Below, piece by piece: positions 8,623-18,243 of a stretch of 64,000 nucleotides of DNA. The stretch's first letter is position 1. Each line of letters opens with the position of its first letter. The DNA comes from a virus: positions 1 to 64,000 of IMG/VR virus record IMGVR_UViG_3300032246_002821; one strand, 5' to 3'. The position numbers were made by a program, and so were the translations under genes. The notes beneath the pieces are model-generated. The model made no database searches. It was given only the letters and a program-made list of their open reading frames with translations, and had not been told where the DNA came from.

Positions 8623-9222
8623 ATGGCACTAGGAGACGCAATTCTAAAACAACTGAGTAAAAAAGCAGACCAAGTGGGCGATGCTCCCACAGGAGGTCTC
8701 AAGAGCAAAGCAGCATTCATCATCAGTATATTCGCTGCTATCTACAGCTTTGATGCTTTCATAGGCAGCACACTCAGCAGCCGCATCCTGAACGAAACAA
8801 TACATCTCAACGACGTTTACAGCTTCTATCAGGCCAAGAGTATCAAACAGAGCCTGTATCAGATGGCAGCAGATGATCTGGAAATGGTATTGGAAGACAA
8901 GAATATGGCGGCTGGCCCTCGTGAGCAACTCACAGCCAGACTGAACAAATACAAAGCAGCAGTGGCCAGATATGAATCGGATCCTGCTAGTGGTGAAGGC
9001 AAGAAAGAATTGTTGGCTTCAGCCAAACAGATAGAAGCAGATCGAGATCGTGCTAAAAAACAAGCACCCTGGATAGGCATTGCTGGCAGTGTGATGCAGA
9101 TCAGTATAGTTTTGGTCACAGCTAGTATGCTCAGTGCAGGTATGCTTATGTTCTGGGCAGGCATAGCAGCTCAAGCAGCAGCTATAGCAATGATGGCACA
9201 AGGTTTATTTTTGTTCTTTTGA
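8623..9222 (+). CDS. DUF4337-like membrane protein
   Basis: AAFIISIFAAI TM, YSFYQAKSIKQ motif, coiled coil, then two C-terminal TMs. Confidence 0.7.
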   Translation: MALGDAILKQLSKKADQVGDAPTGGLKSKAAFIISIFAAIYSFDAFIGSTLSSRILNETIHLNDVYSFYQAKSIKQSLYQMAADDLEMVLEDKNMAAGPREQLTARLNKYKAAVARYESDPASGEGKKELLASAKQIEADRDRAKKQAPWIGIAGSVMQISIVLVTASMLSAGMLMFWAGIAAQAAAIAMMAQGLFLFF

Positions 9223-9300
9223 TGTTTGATTCAAGTATTTTTATTATTGTCGCCGGAATAGTGCTTGCAGTCATTGCAGGCATTATTTTCCATTATATCA

Positions 9301-9864
9301 TCAACAATCACTGATAAATGCTTTTAACTGCTTGATGCAATCATCGTGTTGCATTATCTCAGCGTGGTTAGCAGCTATCTCATGAACAGCGCCAGCACTC
9401 CAGCCACGCTGACTAGTAAGACTAACAACCCCATCATTCTCATCGAACATATAAGGGTTAAAACCGCGTGTAGTGATTATATGCTGCACTGGCATAGGAT
9501 AGGCCTGGTAGTGCAAATCCATGATGAACCTGCCGTTTTTCTTCAATTCCCTAATGAAACTGCTGCGGCTCATATATTGCTGAGCCATGCTAACATCCAG
9601 ACCATCCAGTGGACTGGCGATCGTTGTAATGCTTTGCACCTGATGGTGTCCAGCTAAAAACAATGCTATCATACCGCCCATGCTGTGACCTATCACGTGG
9701 CAAGGTATTGTCACGGAGTCTATGGCGCGGTTACAGACTTGTTGAAAGTCATTTATATCTTGACTGTAGTCGAACATTTGCCAACTATGGCTCTTAATCT
9801 TGGCCCTAGCATAGTTAAAGATTGTGGGGGTGCTGAATGCACCGTGGATAGCTAATATCTTCAT
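9301..9864 (-). CDS. Alpha/beta hydrolase (lipase/esterase)
   Basis: IHGAFS oxyanion loop, GHSMGG nucleophile elbow, NDGVV, and NHAEI catalytic His. Confidence 0.85.
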   Translation of the reverse strand: MKILAIHGAFSTPTIFNYARAKIKSHSWQMFDYSQDINDFQQVCNRAIDSVTIPCHVIGHSMGGMIALFLAGHHQVQSITTIASPLDGLDVSMAQQYMSRSSFIRELKKNGRFIMDLHYQAYPMPVQHIITTRGFNPYMFDENDGVVSLTSQRGWSAGAVHEIAANHAEIMQHDDCIKQLKAFISDC

Positions 9865-10739
9865 TTTTTACTTCCGCAGTATATCAAACATTCTTCTCTG
9901 ATCTGCCCTGTCTCTATTTCTTGTGCTATGTCTGCATCTGTTATCTGTAAATTTTTAATGAAACAACAGGTTATCAGCTGCCCTTTGAAATTGACGTACA
10001 CACTGGGCAAGTTCAGATGCATACAATTTTCTGGATGTAATGTGTTATTCTTATTGTCTTCTATATTACTGACTTTGCCTTTGTGGCGTCCGAACTTTTC
10101 TTCCAAGGACCATGGTTTAATTTCTATAGGTTCGCCGGTCTTGTGGTGCCGGGGCACATTACGATAGCGAACATTTTTTACCAGATAAAAGTTTTTAAAT
10201 CCCATCTGTTTGCTTATTTTGTAAGCATCTTTGATCTGATGTTCATTGTGAGCAAAGGGCAGGAATTGCCATTCAGCACAACCGCCTGCATCAATGAAGG
10301 CCTGGGCATTGTCTATTATTTTATGGAAGTTAGTATTCTGTCTATAGATGGCGTGTGTGTCTGCCAGCCCATCTATACCAAAAATAATCTTGTGTTGATG
10401 ATCTTTTAATTTCACACCCAATTGGCGCCACCAATTGGTGGTTTTTAAACTGCCATTTGTGTGTATCTGTATCATCAGGTTTTTGCCCAGGACCAGATCT
10501 ATGGTATCATCTATATTTTTACTGGCGATGCAATCTCCAAAATTGCCACAGAAAAACACATTGGTTAAATTGGGTAGTTGATTTAAAACTTCTGTTAGCC
10601 GTGGGATAGGTAAATCGGCTATCTGCAGACCAGGTATCACGCCATAACCGTCATTGTTCCTGGGGCAGGCTATGCAGCTGGCATTGCATCTGCTGGTTAA
10701 TTCTATGTGTAACCATTTGACCGTGGCTAGATTGATCAT
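9861..10739 (-). CDS. Radical SAM / SPASM-twitch protein
   Basis: ELTSRCNASCIACPRN (CxxxCxxC), CGNFGD, HTNG, GIDG; likely ATG 10739 overlaps the cyclase stop (ATGA). Confidence 0.85.
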   Translation of the reverse strand: MINLATVKWLHIELTSRCNASCIACPRNNDGYGVIPGLQIADLPIPRLTEVLNQLPNLTNVFFCGNFGDCIASKNIDDTIDLVLGKNLMIQIHTNGSLKTTNWWRQLGVKLKDHQHKIIFGIDGLADTHAIYRQNTNFHKIIDNAQAFIDAGGCAEWQFLPFAHNEHQIKDAYKISKQMGFKNFYLVKNVRYRNVPRHHKTGEPIEIKPWSLEEKFGRHKGKVSNIEDNKNNTLHPENCMHLNLPSVYVNFKGQLITCCFIKNLQITDADIAQEIETGQIREECLIYCGSKK

Positions 10740-12820
10740 TTTGTGTTTGTGCGGAATACTCCGTCCCAATCTGCGCCAGGTGGATTCTTTATATAATCGG
10801 CACAACGTTCGATCCACATCTCATAATAATGATCCATCTGACCATTAAATGCGCCTATTAGATCCCTACTCATATTCTTAGCGACCGTGAATCTTTGTGC
10901 CTTGTATGCTTTCATCATAGTCACATGATTGATCTTATCCTGATTCCAATTGGGTTTATCAGCACCTTCAGTGTTTAGTACCGTGAAGATGTCCACGCCT
11001 TCTTTCTTGCCCTTAACCGCCAAGCAGTCCAAGGGGAGCGTGAAGAAATCCGTTTTGACATATTCGTTAGTTAGAGGACCAATGACCATAGCCACGTGAT
11101 AAGGCTTAGACTGCCCTTCGAGACGGCTTGCGAGATTAACGCTATCGCCCAAGCAAGTGTAGTCAAAACGCTGCTCACTGCCCATATTACCAACAACGAC
11201 GACCCCGGTATTAATGCCCAGACCCATACCAAAAGGAGGAATACCTTCCGCAGTGACTTCGGCATTGAACGCAGCAAGGCTGTCCAACATTTCCAAGGCC
11301 GTTCTAACGGCGTTCTTCGCGTGTTCTTTATCATCCAGCGGAGCGTTCCAGAATGCCATCTGAGCATCACCGATGTACTTGTCCAGTGTTCCTTCATTGT
11401 CGATGATTTTCCTTGTCATTGCTGTCATGTAGCGGTTCATGATCTTAGTTAATCCTTGGACGTCTTTGCCATAATGCTCACTGATGGTAGTAAAGCCACG
11501 CACGTCAGTGAACATGATGCTTAGTTCTCTGCTGTCTCCTCCCAGCCTGAGCAGGTCTGGATTCTGTTGCAGTTTTTCCACCATCTTGGGACTCAGGTAA
11601 GTGCCAAACTGTTTCTTTATCTGTTGTTTTTGTCTAAATTCTCGAACAAAATTGTTAAAAACACATTGGAAAAATACAAGACTACCAGCGACCAGAAGAT
11701 AGCTGGCATCCAGGAGATAATTTCCATTATCGAATAGGCTAATGTGTACATATATGACCCCTCCTATTAATGTAGCGTACAGAGGTAATGTGGTTTTAAT
11801 ACCAGCACGTGGTACTATCAAGACGAGCAAAATGCTCAATAAAGCCAATGCTGCTAATTCTGCTAGATCTGCCCAGGCTGGGCGACTTATAGTTGTGCCG
11901 CTAATAAGAGTCTGTAATGCCTGCGCTTGCAGATCGTGTGGATAAATTTCGCCCCGGGGAGTGCCTATGATATTACCCAAACCCTCAGCAGTTAGTCCCA
12001 CTATCACTATCTTATCTGATAGATCCAAGGTGCTTTCACGAGTGATCACATCTATGGCTTCCACACGTTCGAATTTGGTGTTCTGGCTCAACCAGATGCG
12101 ACCATTGTTGTCTGTGTTTATGGTGGGAAACTGTGGTATGCGTACCGCTTCTATGCCAGCATCGCCAGTCTTGATCTGATAACTGGGATCTCCTGTGGCC
12201 ACACGGATTATCTCGAGCGGAAAGCTGGGATATAATTCTCCAGCCAGTCTGACTATCATGGGCATACGGCGTACAACACCATCTATTTCTGGTGTTGTGG
12301 CAACTACCCCCACACCGTCCGCGGCTTTGGCCAATTCAGGAATTGGACTGACCCCGCCGCGCCAGCTGAATGTCCAGGGTGCGGGATCTGCGCCTATCTT
12401 GGCCACACCACGGCGCACAGCATCTGGTTGTTGGCTTTTGATACTGACTGCTTGGCTAATCACTACACCTTGATCCAGCACACTTGCCAAGGGATCATCA
12501 CCACCCAATCTATCTGGTTCGGCGAACAGTATGTTCATAGCGATTACGCCGGCATTGGCCTGGCGCAATCTGCCCACCAATTCAGCAAACGCATCGCGAC
12601 GTGGCGGCCACTGGCCCCAACTTTTGAGGGTTTTTTCACCTATGTCTATCAATACAATATCTTTGCTGACCTGTTGTGGCTGACTGGTCATCAGGTAATC
12701 GAAATCTTTCAATCTAAGTGTTTTAACCAGGCTGGGATCTGCATATCGCACAAACAGCAATGCTAAGGCCAAGATGATCACAGCGCCAGTGCCAGTGATC
12801 CAGTTAATGTATTTTTCCAT
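10736..12820 (-). CDS. CHASE2-domain membrane class III adenylate cyclase
   Basis: N-terminal TM, CHASE2 (IDIGEKTLKSWGQWPPRR, EIDGVVRR), three TMs, IMFTDVRGFT, LDKYIGDAQMAFW, GINTG, FDYTCLGDSVNLASRLEG. Confidence 0.95.
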   Translation of the reverse strand: MEKYINWITGTGAVIILALALLFVRYADPSLVKTLRLKDFDYLMTSQPQQVSKDIVLIDIGEKTLKSWGQWPPRRDAFAELVGRLRQANAGVIAMNILFAEPDRLGGDDPLASVLDQGVVISQAVSIKSQQPDAVRRGVAKIGADPAPWTFSWRGGVSPIPELAKAADGVGVVATTPEIDGVVRRMPMIVRLAGELYPSFPLEIIRVATGDPSYQIKTGDAGIEAVRIPQFPTINTDNNGRIWLSQNTKFERVEAIDVITRESTLDLSDKIVIVGLTAEGLGNIIGTPRGEIYPHDLQAQALQTLISGTTISRPAWADLAELAALALLSILLVLIVPRAGIKTTLPLYATLIGGVIYVHISLFDNGNYLLDASYLLVAGSLVFFQCVFNNFVREFRQKQQIKKQFGTYLSPKMVEKLQQNPDLLRLGGDSRELSIMFTDVRGFTTISEHYGKDVQGLTKIMNRYMTAMTRKIIDNEGTLDKYIGDAQMAFWNAPLDDKEHAKNAVRTALEMLDSLAAFNAEVTAEGIPPFGMGLGINTGVVVVGNMGSEQRFDYTCLGDSVNLASRLEGQSKPYHVAMVIGPLTNEYVKTDFFTLPLDCLAVKGKKEGVDIFTVLNTEGADKPNWNQDKINHVTMMKAYKAQRFTVAKNMSRDLIGAFNGQMDHYYEMWIERCADYIKNPPGADWDGVFRTNTK

Positions 12821-12850
12821 ACTGATCCCCTCGATCTTTTACTTATTATA

Positions 12851-13375
12851 TCAACGTTTTGTGTAAGTGTATCCTGAGCAGGGGGGTGTCAAACACTGGA
12901 TACTCATGCTGCTGGCATCTGGTGTTAATGCATTATCCTGCAGAGCATTAGCTGTGATGCCTGAGCCGCTCAGATTAAACACAAAGCTCTTGGGTGCTGA
13001 ACCAGCTTGTTGTATCACAGCTGAGTTGTTGTTATTGCTGGTGGTCTTATCCAGATTGATGGCAGCAGTGTGGTTGCCTGATCCGGTCTGGAATATGGTC
13101 AGTATATTGTTATTGTTATTGGGAGCGATACTAGTGATAAAATTAGCTCCTGATTGTCCAGCTGGAGGTGTGCCAATGAATGCCATATGGGCACCAGTGC
13201 CTTCCTGTATGATGGCTAACTGATTGTTGTTGCCCTGATTGAGCACTATGGCTGTCTTGCTATCACTATCTTTCTGGTTGACGGTTATATTATTAAGATC
13301 TCCCACTTGGTCGATATAAACAGTATCAGCAGCATAAACTGGGGTTATAATCGCCAGTAACCATAATCGTTTCAT
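12851..13375 (-). CDS. Curlin-repeat secreted protein (CsgB-like)
   Basis: Signal peptide (VYA/ADT) and repeats IDQVGDLNNITVNQ, LNQGNNNQLAIIQEG, IFQTGSGNHTAAI. Confidence 0.75.
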   Translation of the reverse strand: MKRLWLLAIITPVYAADTVYIDQVGDLNNITVNQKDSDSKTAIVLNQGNNNQLAIIQEGTGAHMAFIGTPPAGQSGANFITSIAPNNNNNILTIFQTGSGNHTAAINLDKTTSNNNNSAVIQQAGSAPKSFVFNLSGSGITANALQDNALTPDASSMSIQCLTPPCSGYTYTKR

Positions 13376-14493
13376 TTGCTCTGCCTTATGGTTATGGTGC
13401 TGCCACCTGGTTTATTGACCTGTTGTAGTATGGGCAAACCGTCCTGATAAATGTTTATCTGTGCGCTGCTGTCCTTGTCCACTATGACTTGAGCGAAGTG
13501 ACTGGGGGCTGCGCGATACAGGTTAAGGCTGTAGTCTTCCACATAGTATTTGAGACCTTGTACTTTGTTGGGTTTATATCTGGGCAACATGGGATCGTCC
13601 TGTTCAGCCAGCGCATTATCCAATAATCCAGCGTTCATGAGATCGATAATGTTTTCCAGGAATGAAGAATCCAGATAGTTTTGTGCCAGTTTGCCAGTTG
13701 CTTCCGCTAGCAGATCCACATTGAGTGCATCGTATCTCAATAAATCTTTATCCAGCTCATTGCGATCTAATATGTTTTTGCCAGTCTCATCGTGGGTGGC
13801 GTGTTTGGGTTTGGTCAATATCAACATATTGCTTATCTGTGCATCTGTCAGTTGCAATATGGTGGGCTTGGCAGGATTGCCTTCCCTGCTAACTGTCTGA
13901 GTGCTCTGGAACATCTTGTCCAACCACACCGTGCCCATATCTGTTGTGACACTTATTTTACCCACTTTGCAATCTTTTTCCAGGCTTTTGTAACCCACTG
14001 GGCAACTGGGCAACAGAACAATTAGGCTACGGCCCAGCTCATCCACTGTCATACTGAAGTCCGTGCCACGCACACCCACAGTAGCAGTGGGTGTTTCTAT
14101 ACTCACAGACTGTGGATTAGCTTTGGCTATTTGGCCTGATGCGAATTTGGCTGTGCCCAGGGCCATCTTGAGTCCCACTTTGCCAGCATCACCTTTGGCT
14201 GGATCATACACAAAGCTGTCTATCACAAGTTTACTCTGTTCGGTTATTTTCACAGTGCTGTTGTCTTGAAAGGTGATGCTGACTTTGCTGTTGGCTGTGA
14301 CCACAGCATCATTCTGCTCCACGCCTGAATCTTTTGCGCTGGGAATCACTTGTTTGTCGCGTTGAATTTCAGTAGGACCAGTCTGTTCTGTTACAGTACC
14401 GGCCGCCGACCAAACATCAGTTGCCTGAACGCACAGTAATGCTGTTGTTACTGCCAACGCTCTTGATATTGACTGTTGAATCCACTGTGCCAC
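13372..14493 (-). CDS. FecR-domain exported protein
   Basis: GTG start with AGGAG SD; FQDNSTVKITEQSKLVID and ETPTATVGVRGTDF FecR motifs. Confidence 0.85.
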   Translation of the reverse strand: MAQWIQQSISRALAVTTALLCVQATDVWSAAGTVTEQTGPTEIQRDKQVIPSAKDSGVEQNDAVVTANSKVSITFQDNSTVKITEQSKLVIDSFVYDPAKGDAGKVGLKMALGTAKFASGQIAKANPQSVSIETPTATVGVRGTDFSMTVDELGRSLIVLLPSCPVGYKSLEKDCKVGKISVTTDMGTVWLDKMFQSTQTVSREGNPAKPTILQLTDAQISNMLILTKPKHATHDETGKNILDRNELDKDLLRYDALNVDLLAEATGKLAQNYLDSSFLENIIDLMNAGLLDNALAEQDDPMLPRYKPNKVQGLKYYVEDYSLNLYRAAPSHFAQVIVDKDSSAQINIYQDGLPILQQVNKPGGSTITIRQSK

Positions 14494-15103
14494 TCTGAGT
14501 GACTCCTATTGTGTTGCTGCCGCCTGTTACATCTACTGTCGCATCGAATCCGTTTAAGCCAGCTGTGCCGGTTTGGCTCACAGTGATGGCATTGCCATTA
14601 CCGCCAGTGCTTGTGATACGAGCTCTTGCTCCCAGTAGATTGGTTGTTGAACTTGTTATTCCCACTGTGTTGTTATCACCAGTGGCATCCACTGTGGCTG
14701 TGCTCTTGGCGCCAGCTGTGACATTAACTGTATTGGTATTACCATTTATATTAGCTGTTATTATAGTGTCTGTACAAGCAGTTGTGGGCGCAGCACCGCA
14801 ACTGGCATTGACAGTGTTGAAACTGCCAGTGACATTGCTGGTCAGTTGAGCACCATTGCCCTGTATATTGAACACGCTGTTGTTATTACTGCCTATCTGT
14901 GTTATGCTTACCAGCTGGCTGTTGCCACGAAAGATCGTTTTATTAGTTTCGTCTCCCACCACGTTGTTGCTACCTGTCTGTGTCACATCTATCGTACTGC
15001 TACTGCCTATCTGATCGATGTATACTGTATTCTGACTTTGAGCGAACACCGGAGTGGTGGCCATTAGCGATAGTGCTAGTAACAGTTTCATAAACTGTTT
15101 CAT
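14417..15103 (-). CDS. Curlin-repeat secreted protein (CsgA-like)
   Basis: Signal peptide (VFA/QS); Asn/Gly/Thr/Gln beta-solenoid repeats (IDQIGSSSTIDVTQTGSNN, ITQIGSNN, VSQTG, VTQSG). Confidence 0.8.
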   Translation of the reverse strand: MKQFMKLLLALSLMATTPVFAQSQNTVYIDQIGSSSTIDVTQTGSNNVVGDETNKTIFRGNSQLVSITQIGSNNNSVFNIQGNGAQLTSNVTGSFNTVNASCGAAPTTACTDTIITANINGNTNTVNVTAGAKSTATVDATGDNNTVGITSSTTNLLGARARITSTGGNGNAITVSQTGTAGLNGFDATVDVTGGSNTIGVTQSGTVDSTVNIKSVGSNNSITVRSGN

Positions 15104-15115
15104 AGCCTAGATACC

Positions 15116-15961
15116 TCATTTTTTATCCGTCTTTCGATTCGCTGCCGCGAGTTCTTCTGCTGTAAGCGGAGCGTGTCTCCACAACCCCTTGACTATACCT
15201 TGTTTGATTAAATCCACCACTGCTGCCTCGATCGCAATTCGCACAGCGTATGTGGTGGGTTCGTTAATTGTGACACCAGCTTCAAATTCCACAGCTTTGG
15301 TGCCAGCATCGATAAATTTCATTAGATTAGCACTGGTGCCTGCTGAGTAAACAGTCTTGCTGGCTCCAGAACTTAATAATACTTCGCCAGTGTGTACACT
15401 GACCAGTCTGATGATGATGGTTACCTCATCAGTGCGATACTGAGTGTTGCCATCTATGCCCAGGAATCTGGCGCCGATACCGCCTGATCCCACATTACTA
15501 TCATAACCAATGACACCGCCCTGCAACATTATACCAGCCACCAACATGGGTGCCAGTGGTTTGGCATTTTGTCCTTCATAGGTCTCACGCTGGTTGCGGA
15601 TCAGCTGACGCTCTTTTATCAAGTCGTCCAGTCCCACACGCTCCACAGGTTTAAACCAGGTGCCAGTGCCAGCATCTTGCAGGGCTTTGATCAGGAACAC
15701 TTCTGCACCCTGGGTGACAGCACTGCTAAAAGTGCTGAATTTGTCATTAGGTTTGCGCTGGCCAGTCTTGTCAGTGAAGCTGTACACAGCTACCACTATG
15801 GGAGGACCGTCTGGCTTACGCAAACCTGGCAGTTCTGCTAATCTGGGTTTGCTGATGATTTCAGGCATATCGTTGGGTTCCACGCTGGTGGGCACTTTAC
15901 CCACCAAACTGGTGCAACCTGACAGTGCCAGCAATAATATCAGCCCTATATTCTTAATCAA
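15116..15961 (-). CDS. csgG: Curli secretion channel CsgG (lipoprotein)
   Basis: Lipobox LSGC, AVYSFTDKTGQRK, STFSSAVTQGAEVFLIKAL, WFKPVERVGLDDLIKERQLIR. Confidence 0.93.
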   Translation of the reverse strand: MIKNIGLILLLALSGCTSLVGKVPTSVEPNDMPEIISKPRLAELPGLRKPDGPPIVVAVYSFTDKTGQRKPNDKFSTFSSAVTQGAEVFLIKALQDAGTGTWFKPVERVGLDDLIKERQLIRNQRETYEGQNAKPLAPMLVAGIMLQGGVIGYDSNVGSGGIGARFLGIDGNTQYRTDEVTIIIRLVSVHTGEVLLSSGASKTVYSAGTSANLMKFIDAGTKAVEFEAGVTINEPTTYAVRIAIEAAVVDLIKQGIVKGLWRHAPLTAEELAAANRKTDKK

Positions 15962-16404
15962 AATTTGAAACTCCCGATGGGAACACTGATCTCAGTACGG
16001 TTACCAGTGGGATCGATCAGTGTCAATTTGATCATATTAGTTGTTGCATCTTTTATCCAACTGATGTTAGTGCCTTCGAAGTCCATAGAACCAGAGGTGG
16101 CACCATCGGAAAACATAGCATTGCTCATCTGTAGACTCAGCTGGGCATAGATACGTGATTCCAGATTGTTCAAGAATTTATTTAGATTGGTGTTCTTGGC
16201 AGCAGTTGCTATGGCATCCAGTGCTGCTCGCTGTTCCTGCTTAATAGCTTGTTTGCGATTAAATTCCAGATTCTCGATAGTCAAGGCGTGACTGCTGAAT
16301 CCTTCGCCGCTGAAGCTGGGATTTTTATAGCCAAAAACCATTTCACTCGTCCACGCAGGACCAGAAATCATCAAAATTACAACAAAAGTCATAAATTTAT
16401 GCAT
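15958..16404 (-). CDS. csgF: Curli assembly component CsgF
   Basis: Signal peptide, then SEMVFGYKNPSFSG (mature CsgF N-terminal F-x-NP-x-FGG-like motif); LESRIYAQLS; adjacent to csgG. Confidence 0.85.
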   Translation of the reverse strand: MHKFMTFVVILMISGPAWTSEMVFGYKNPSFSGEGFSSHALTIENLEFNRKQAIKQEQRAALDAIATAAKNTNLNKFLNNLESRIYAQLSLQMSNAMFSDGATSGSMDFEGTNISWIKDATTNMIKLTLIDPTGNRTEISVPIGSFKF

Positions 16405-16419
16405 AAAACTCTCCAGAAG

Positions 16420-16426
16420 TATTTAT
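16420..16426 (-). promoter_or_regulatory. T4-late-like promoter (ATAAATA) of the curli/cyclase operon
   Basis: GATAAATAC just upstream of the csgF start; the same motif recurs before many structural genes. Confidence 0.55.
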
Positions 16427-16466
16427 CTATAGCGCATTTTGATTATGTTTGCATAGTAAATAACCT

Positions 16467-17609
16467 ATGTGGAAAATCTCTTGCCAATATCCCAACTGGT
16501 GTTTCGTAGCCTACGATCAAGAAAAATTATGGGAGATAGGCTACGTCATGAGTTTCTTAGACAGTGTGGACAAGAAGAACCTATACCTGTTTTTCATAGA
16601 TCAAAATAGCTTCTATTCAGCAGACTTTCCCTGGGATATCTTATCAGACAGACTGGCATACGCGAAGGAAAATTCCTTGCATTTCAAAATCATATATCTC
16701 AATATAGGGGAAGCACCTTGTTATCGTTTCGATCTGAAACAATTATGTGATGAGATAAATGATAAAAATATAGTGCCCTATGATGACCAGATACTGTTCA
16801 GCGCCGGTATAAGATATTTCGACGATCCCATTAGAGTAGCCACCAGTTATAATATTGCTTTAAGAAAACAGATCTGGTCGGGCTATGATCACACTCAACC
16901 ACCCACTCATCATTTCATAAGTCTGTGTAGGATTCTACGAAAGCAAAGAGCTGTAGCTAGTGTGGAAATACTGGACAGGGATCTTTTGAAATATGGATAC
17001 ATGAGCGTGGGCAGTGCCTATGCCAGTGTCGACGATCCTGGGCTGTCTTATTGCAGGGATAATTTCGAATTTATACCAGACAGGTACAAACACCTTATGC
17101 CAATGTATCTGGACGGTTATATAGGAGACGGTGTGCCTGCCGCCAGCATCTGTTATCTAAGCCAGAACGATCCCAGGGTATGCAGTGCGTTCGTACACGT
17201 GGTCATGGAGACCAGTTACGATTTTCCTTATGCCCAACAAGGGGGTGCCTGGTTGGTGCCCCTGTTAAGCGAAAAGACTTTCAAACCATTGGTATTCGGC
17301 CAGATACCATTATTCTTGTGCCATAAAGATCAGCTGAAATACCTGAGAGAGATGGGTTTCGATCTGTTCGATGATGTCATAGATCACAGCTATGATCACG
17401 AACCCGATCCTGCCTTGCGTATAATTAAAGTTGTGGATCAATTGGAAAAAATCTGTCGTGACTGGACTCTGGAACAGATGCAACGATATAAAAAAGATAA
17501 CATCGGTCGTTTCACGAATAACAGGAACCGTTTCATAGAAATACTGGCGCTGGAACCTGATCTAATAGGCAAGCCCAGCTTTATTAAAGCCCTCAATAAT
17601 TCTCGATGA
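16467..17609 (+). CDS. Putative glycosyltransferase-like phage protein
   Basis: HVVMETSY...LSEKTFKPL...LREMGFDLFDDVIDHSYD, resembling GT10-like C-terminal signatures; function inferred. Confidence 0.45.
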   Translation: MWKISCQYPNWCFVAYDQEKLWEIGYVMSFLDSVDKKNLYLFFIDQNSFYSADFPWDILSDRLAYAKENSLHFKIIYLNIGEAPCYRFDLKQLCDEINDKNIVPYDDQILFSAGIRYFDDPIRVATSYNIALRKQIWSGYDHTQPPTHHFISLCRILRKQRAVASVEILDRDLLKYGYMSVGSAYASVDDPGLSYCRDNFEFIPDRYKHLMPMYLDGYIGDGVPAASICYLSQNDPRVCSAFVHVVMETSYDFPYAQQGGAWLVPLLSEKTFKPLVFGQIPLFLCHKDQLKYLREMGFDLFDDVIDHSYDHEPDPALRIIKVVDQLEKICRDWTLEQMQRYKKDNIGRFTNNRNRFIEILALEPDLIGKPSFIKALNNSR

Positions 17610-18234
17610 AAGGTTGATCTGACATATCCTGATACACATACCTGTCGAAAGGATCAGCCGTGGTCTGTCCCACGGGCATACTATTGAAACCCAATATGAT
17701 GCGATTTTCATTGGTACCGTTGGGATCGGTCTGGTGTTCCAACCAAGCAGGAAATATCACCAGGGTACCAGGCACGAATTCAGTGGAATGCCTGTGTGCT
17801 ATCAACATATTCCTGCCAGGCAATCTGGCAGGAACGATAATGTGGCTGGCTGCTGCCGGACTGTAGAATGTAGTACCACGTGTACCAGCTGCACCACTGA
17901 GATAATACACCCCAGCTAGGAAAGTGTTGCCGTGGATATGACGATGATGTCTGCCACCAGGTGGCTGTAGTGTGCTCCACAGACTGGTTATCTGGCATTT
18001 GGGTTGGTAACCCATCTGGCTCATGACCCATTCTGTTTGCAACTGGACGAATTCGGCAAAGCTCTTGAACAATGGTTCGTTGTGCAGTGTGGCTTTGCCG
18101 AATTTGATATGTGGTAAATCACGACCCCAATTGGCACTGTCGCTAGCATATTCTATGTACTGTTGTTTCAATTCATCGTGTTGGGGAAAATTGAATGTCC
18201 AGATAGGAATAGTGAAAGCATTAATCTGTGCCAT
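17593..18234 (-). CDS. 2OG-Fe(II) oxygenase (TIGR02466-like)
   Basis: HHRHIHGNTFLAGVYY, LVIFPAWLEH and RIILGFN motifs. Confidence 0.8.
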   Translation of the reverse strand: MAQINAFTIPIWTFNFPQHDELKQQYIEYASDSANWGRDLPHIKFGKATLHNEPLFKSFAEFVQLQTEWVMSQMGYQPKCQITSLWSTLQPPGGRHHRHIHGNTFLAGVYYLSGAAGTRGTTFYSPAAASHIIVPARLPGRNMLIAHRHSTEFVPGTLVIFPAWLEHQTDPNGTNENRIILGFNSMPVGQTTADPFDRYVYQDMSDQPFIENY

Positions 18235-18243
18235 TGGCTGTCC

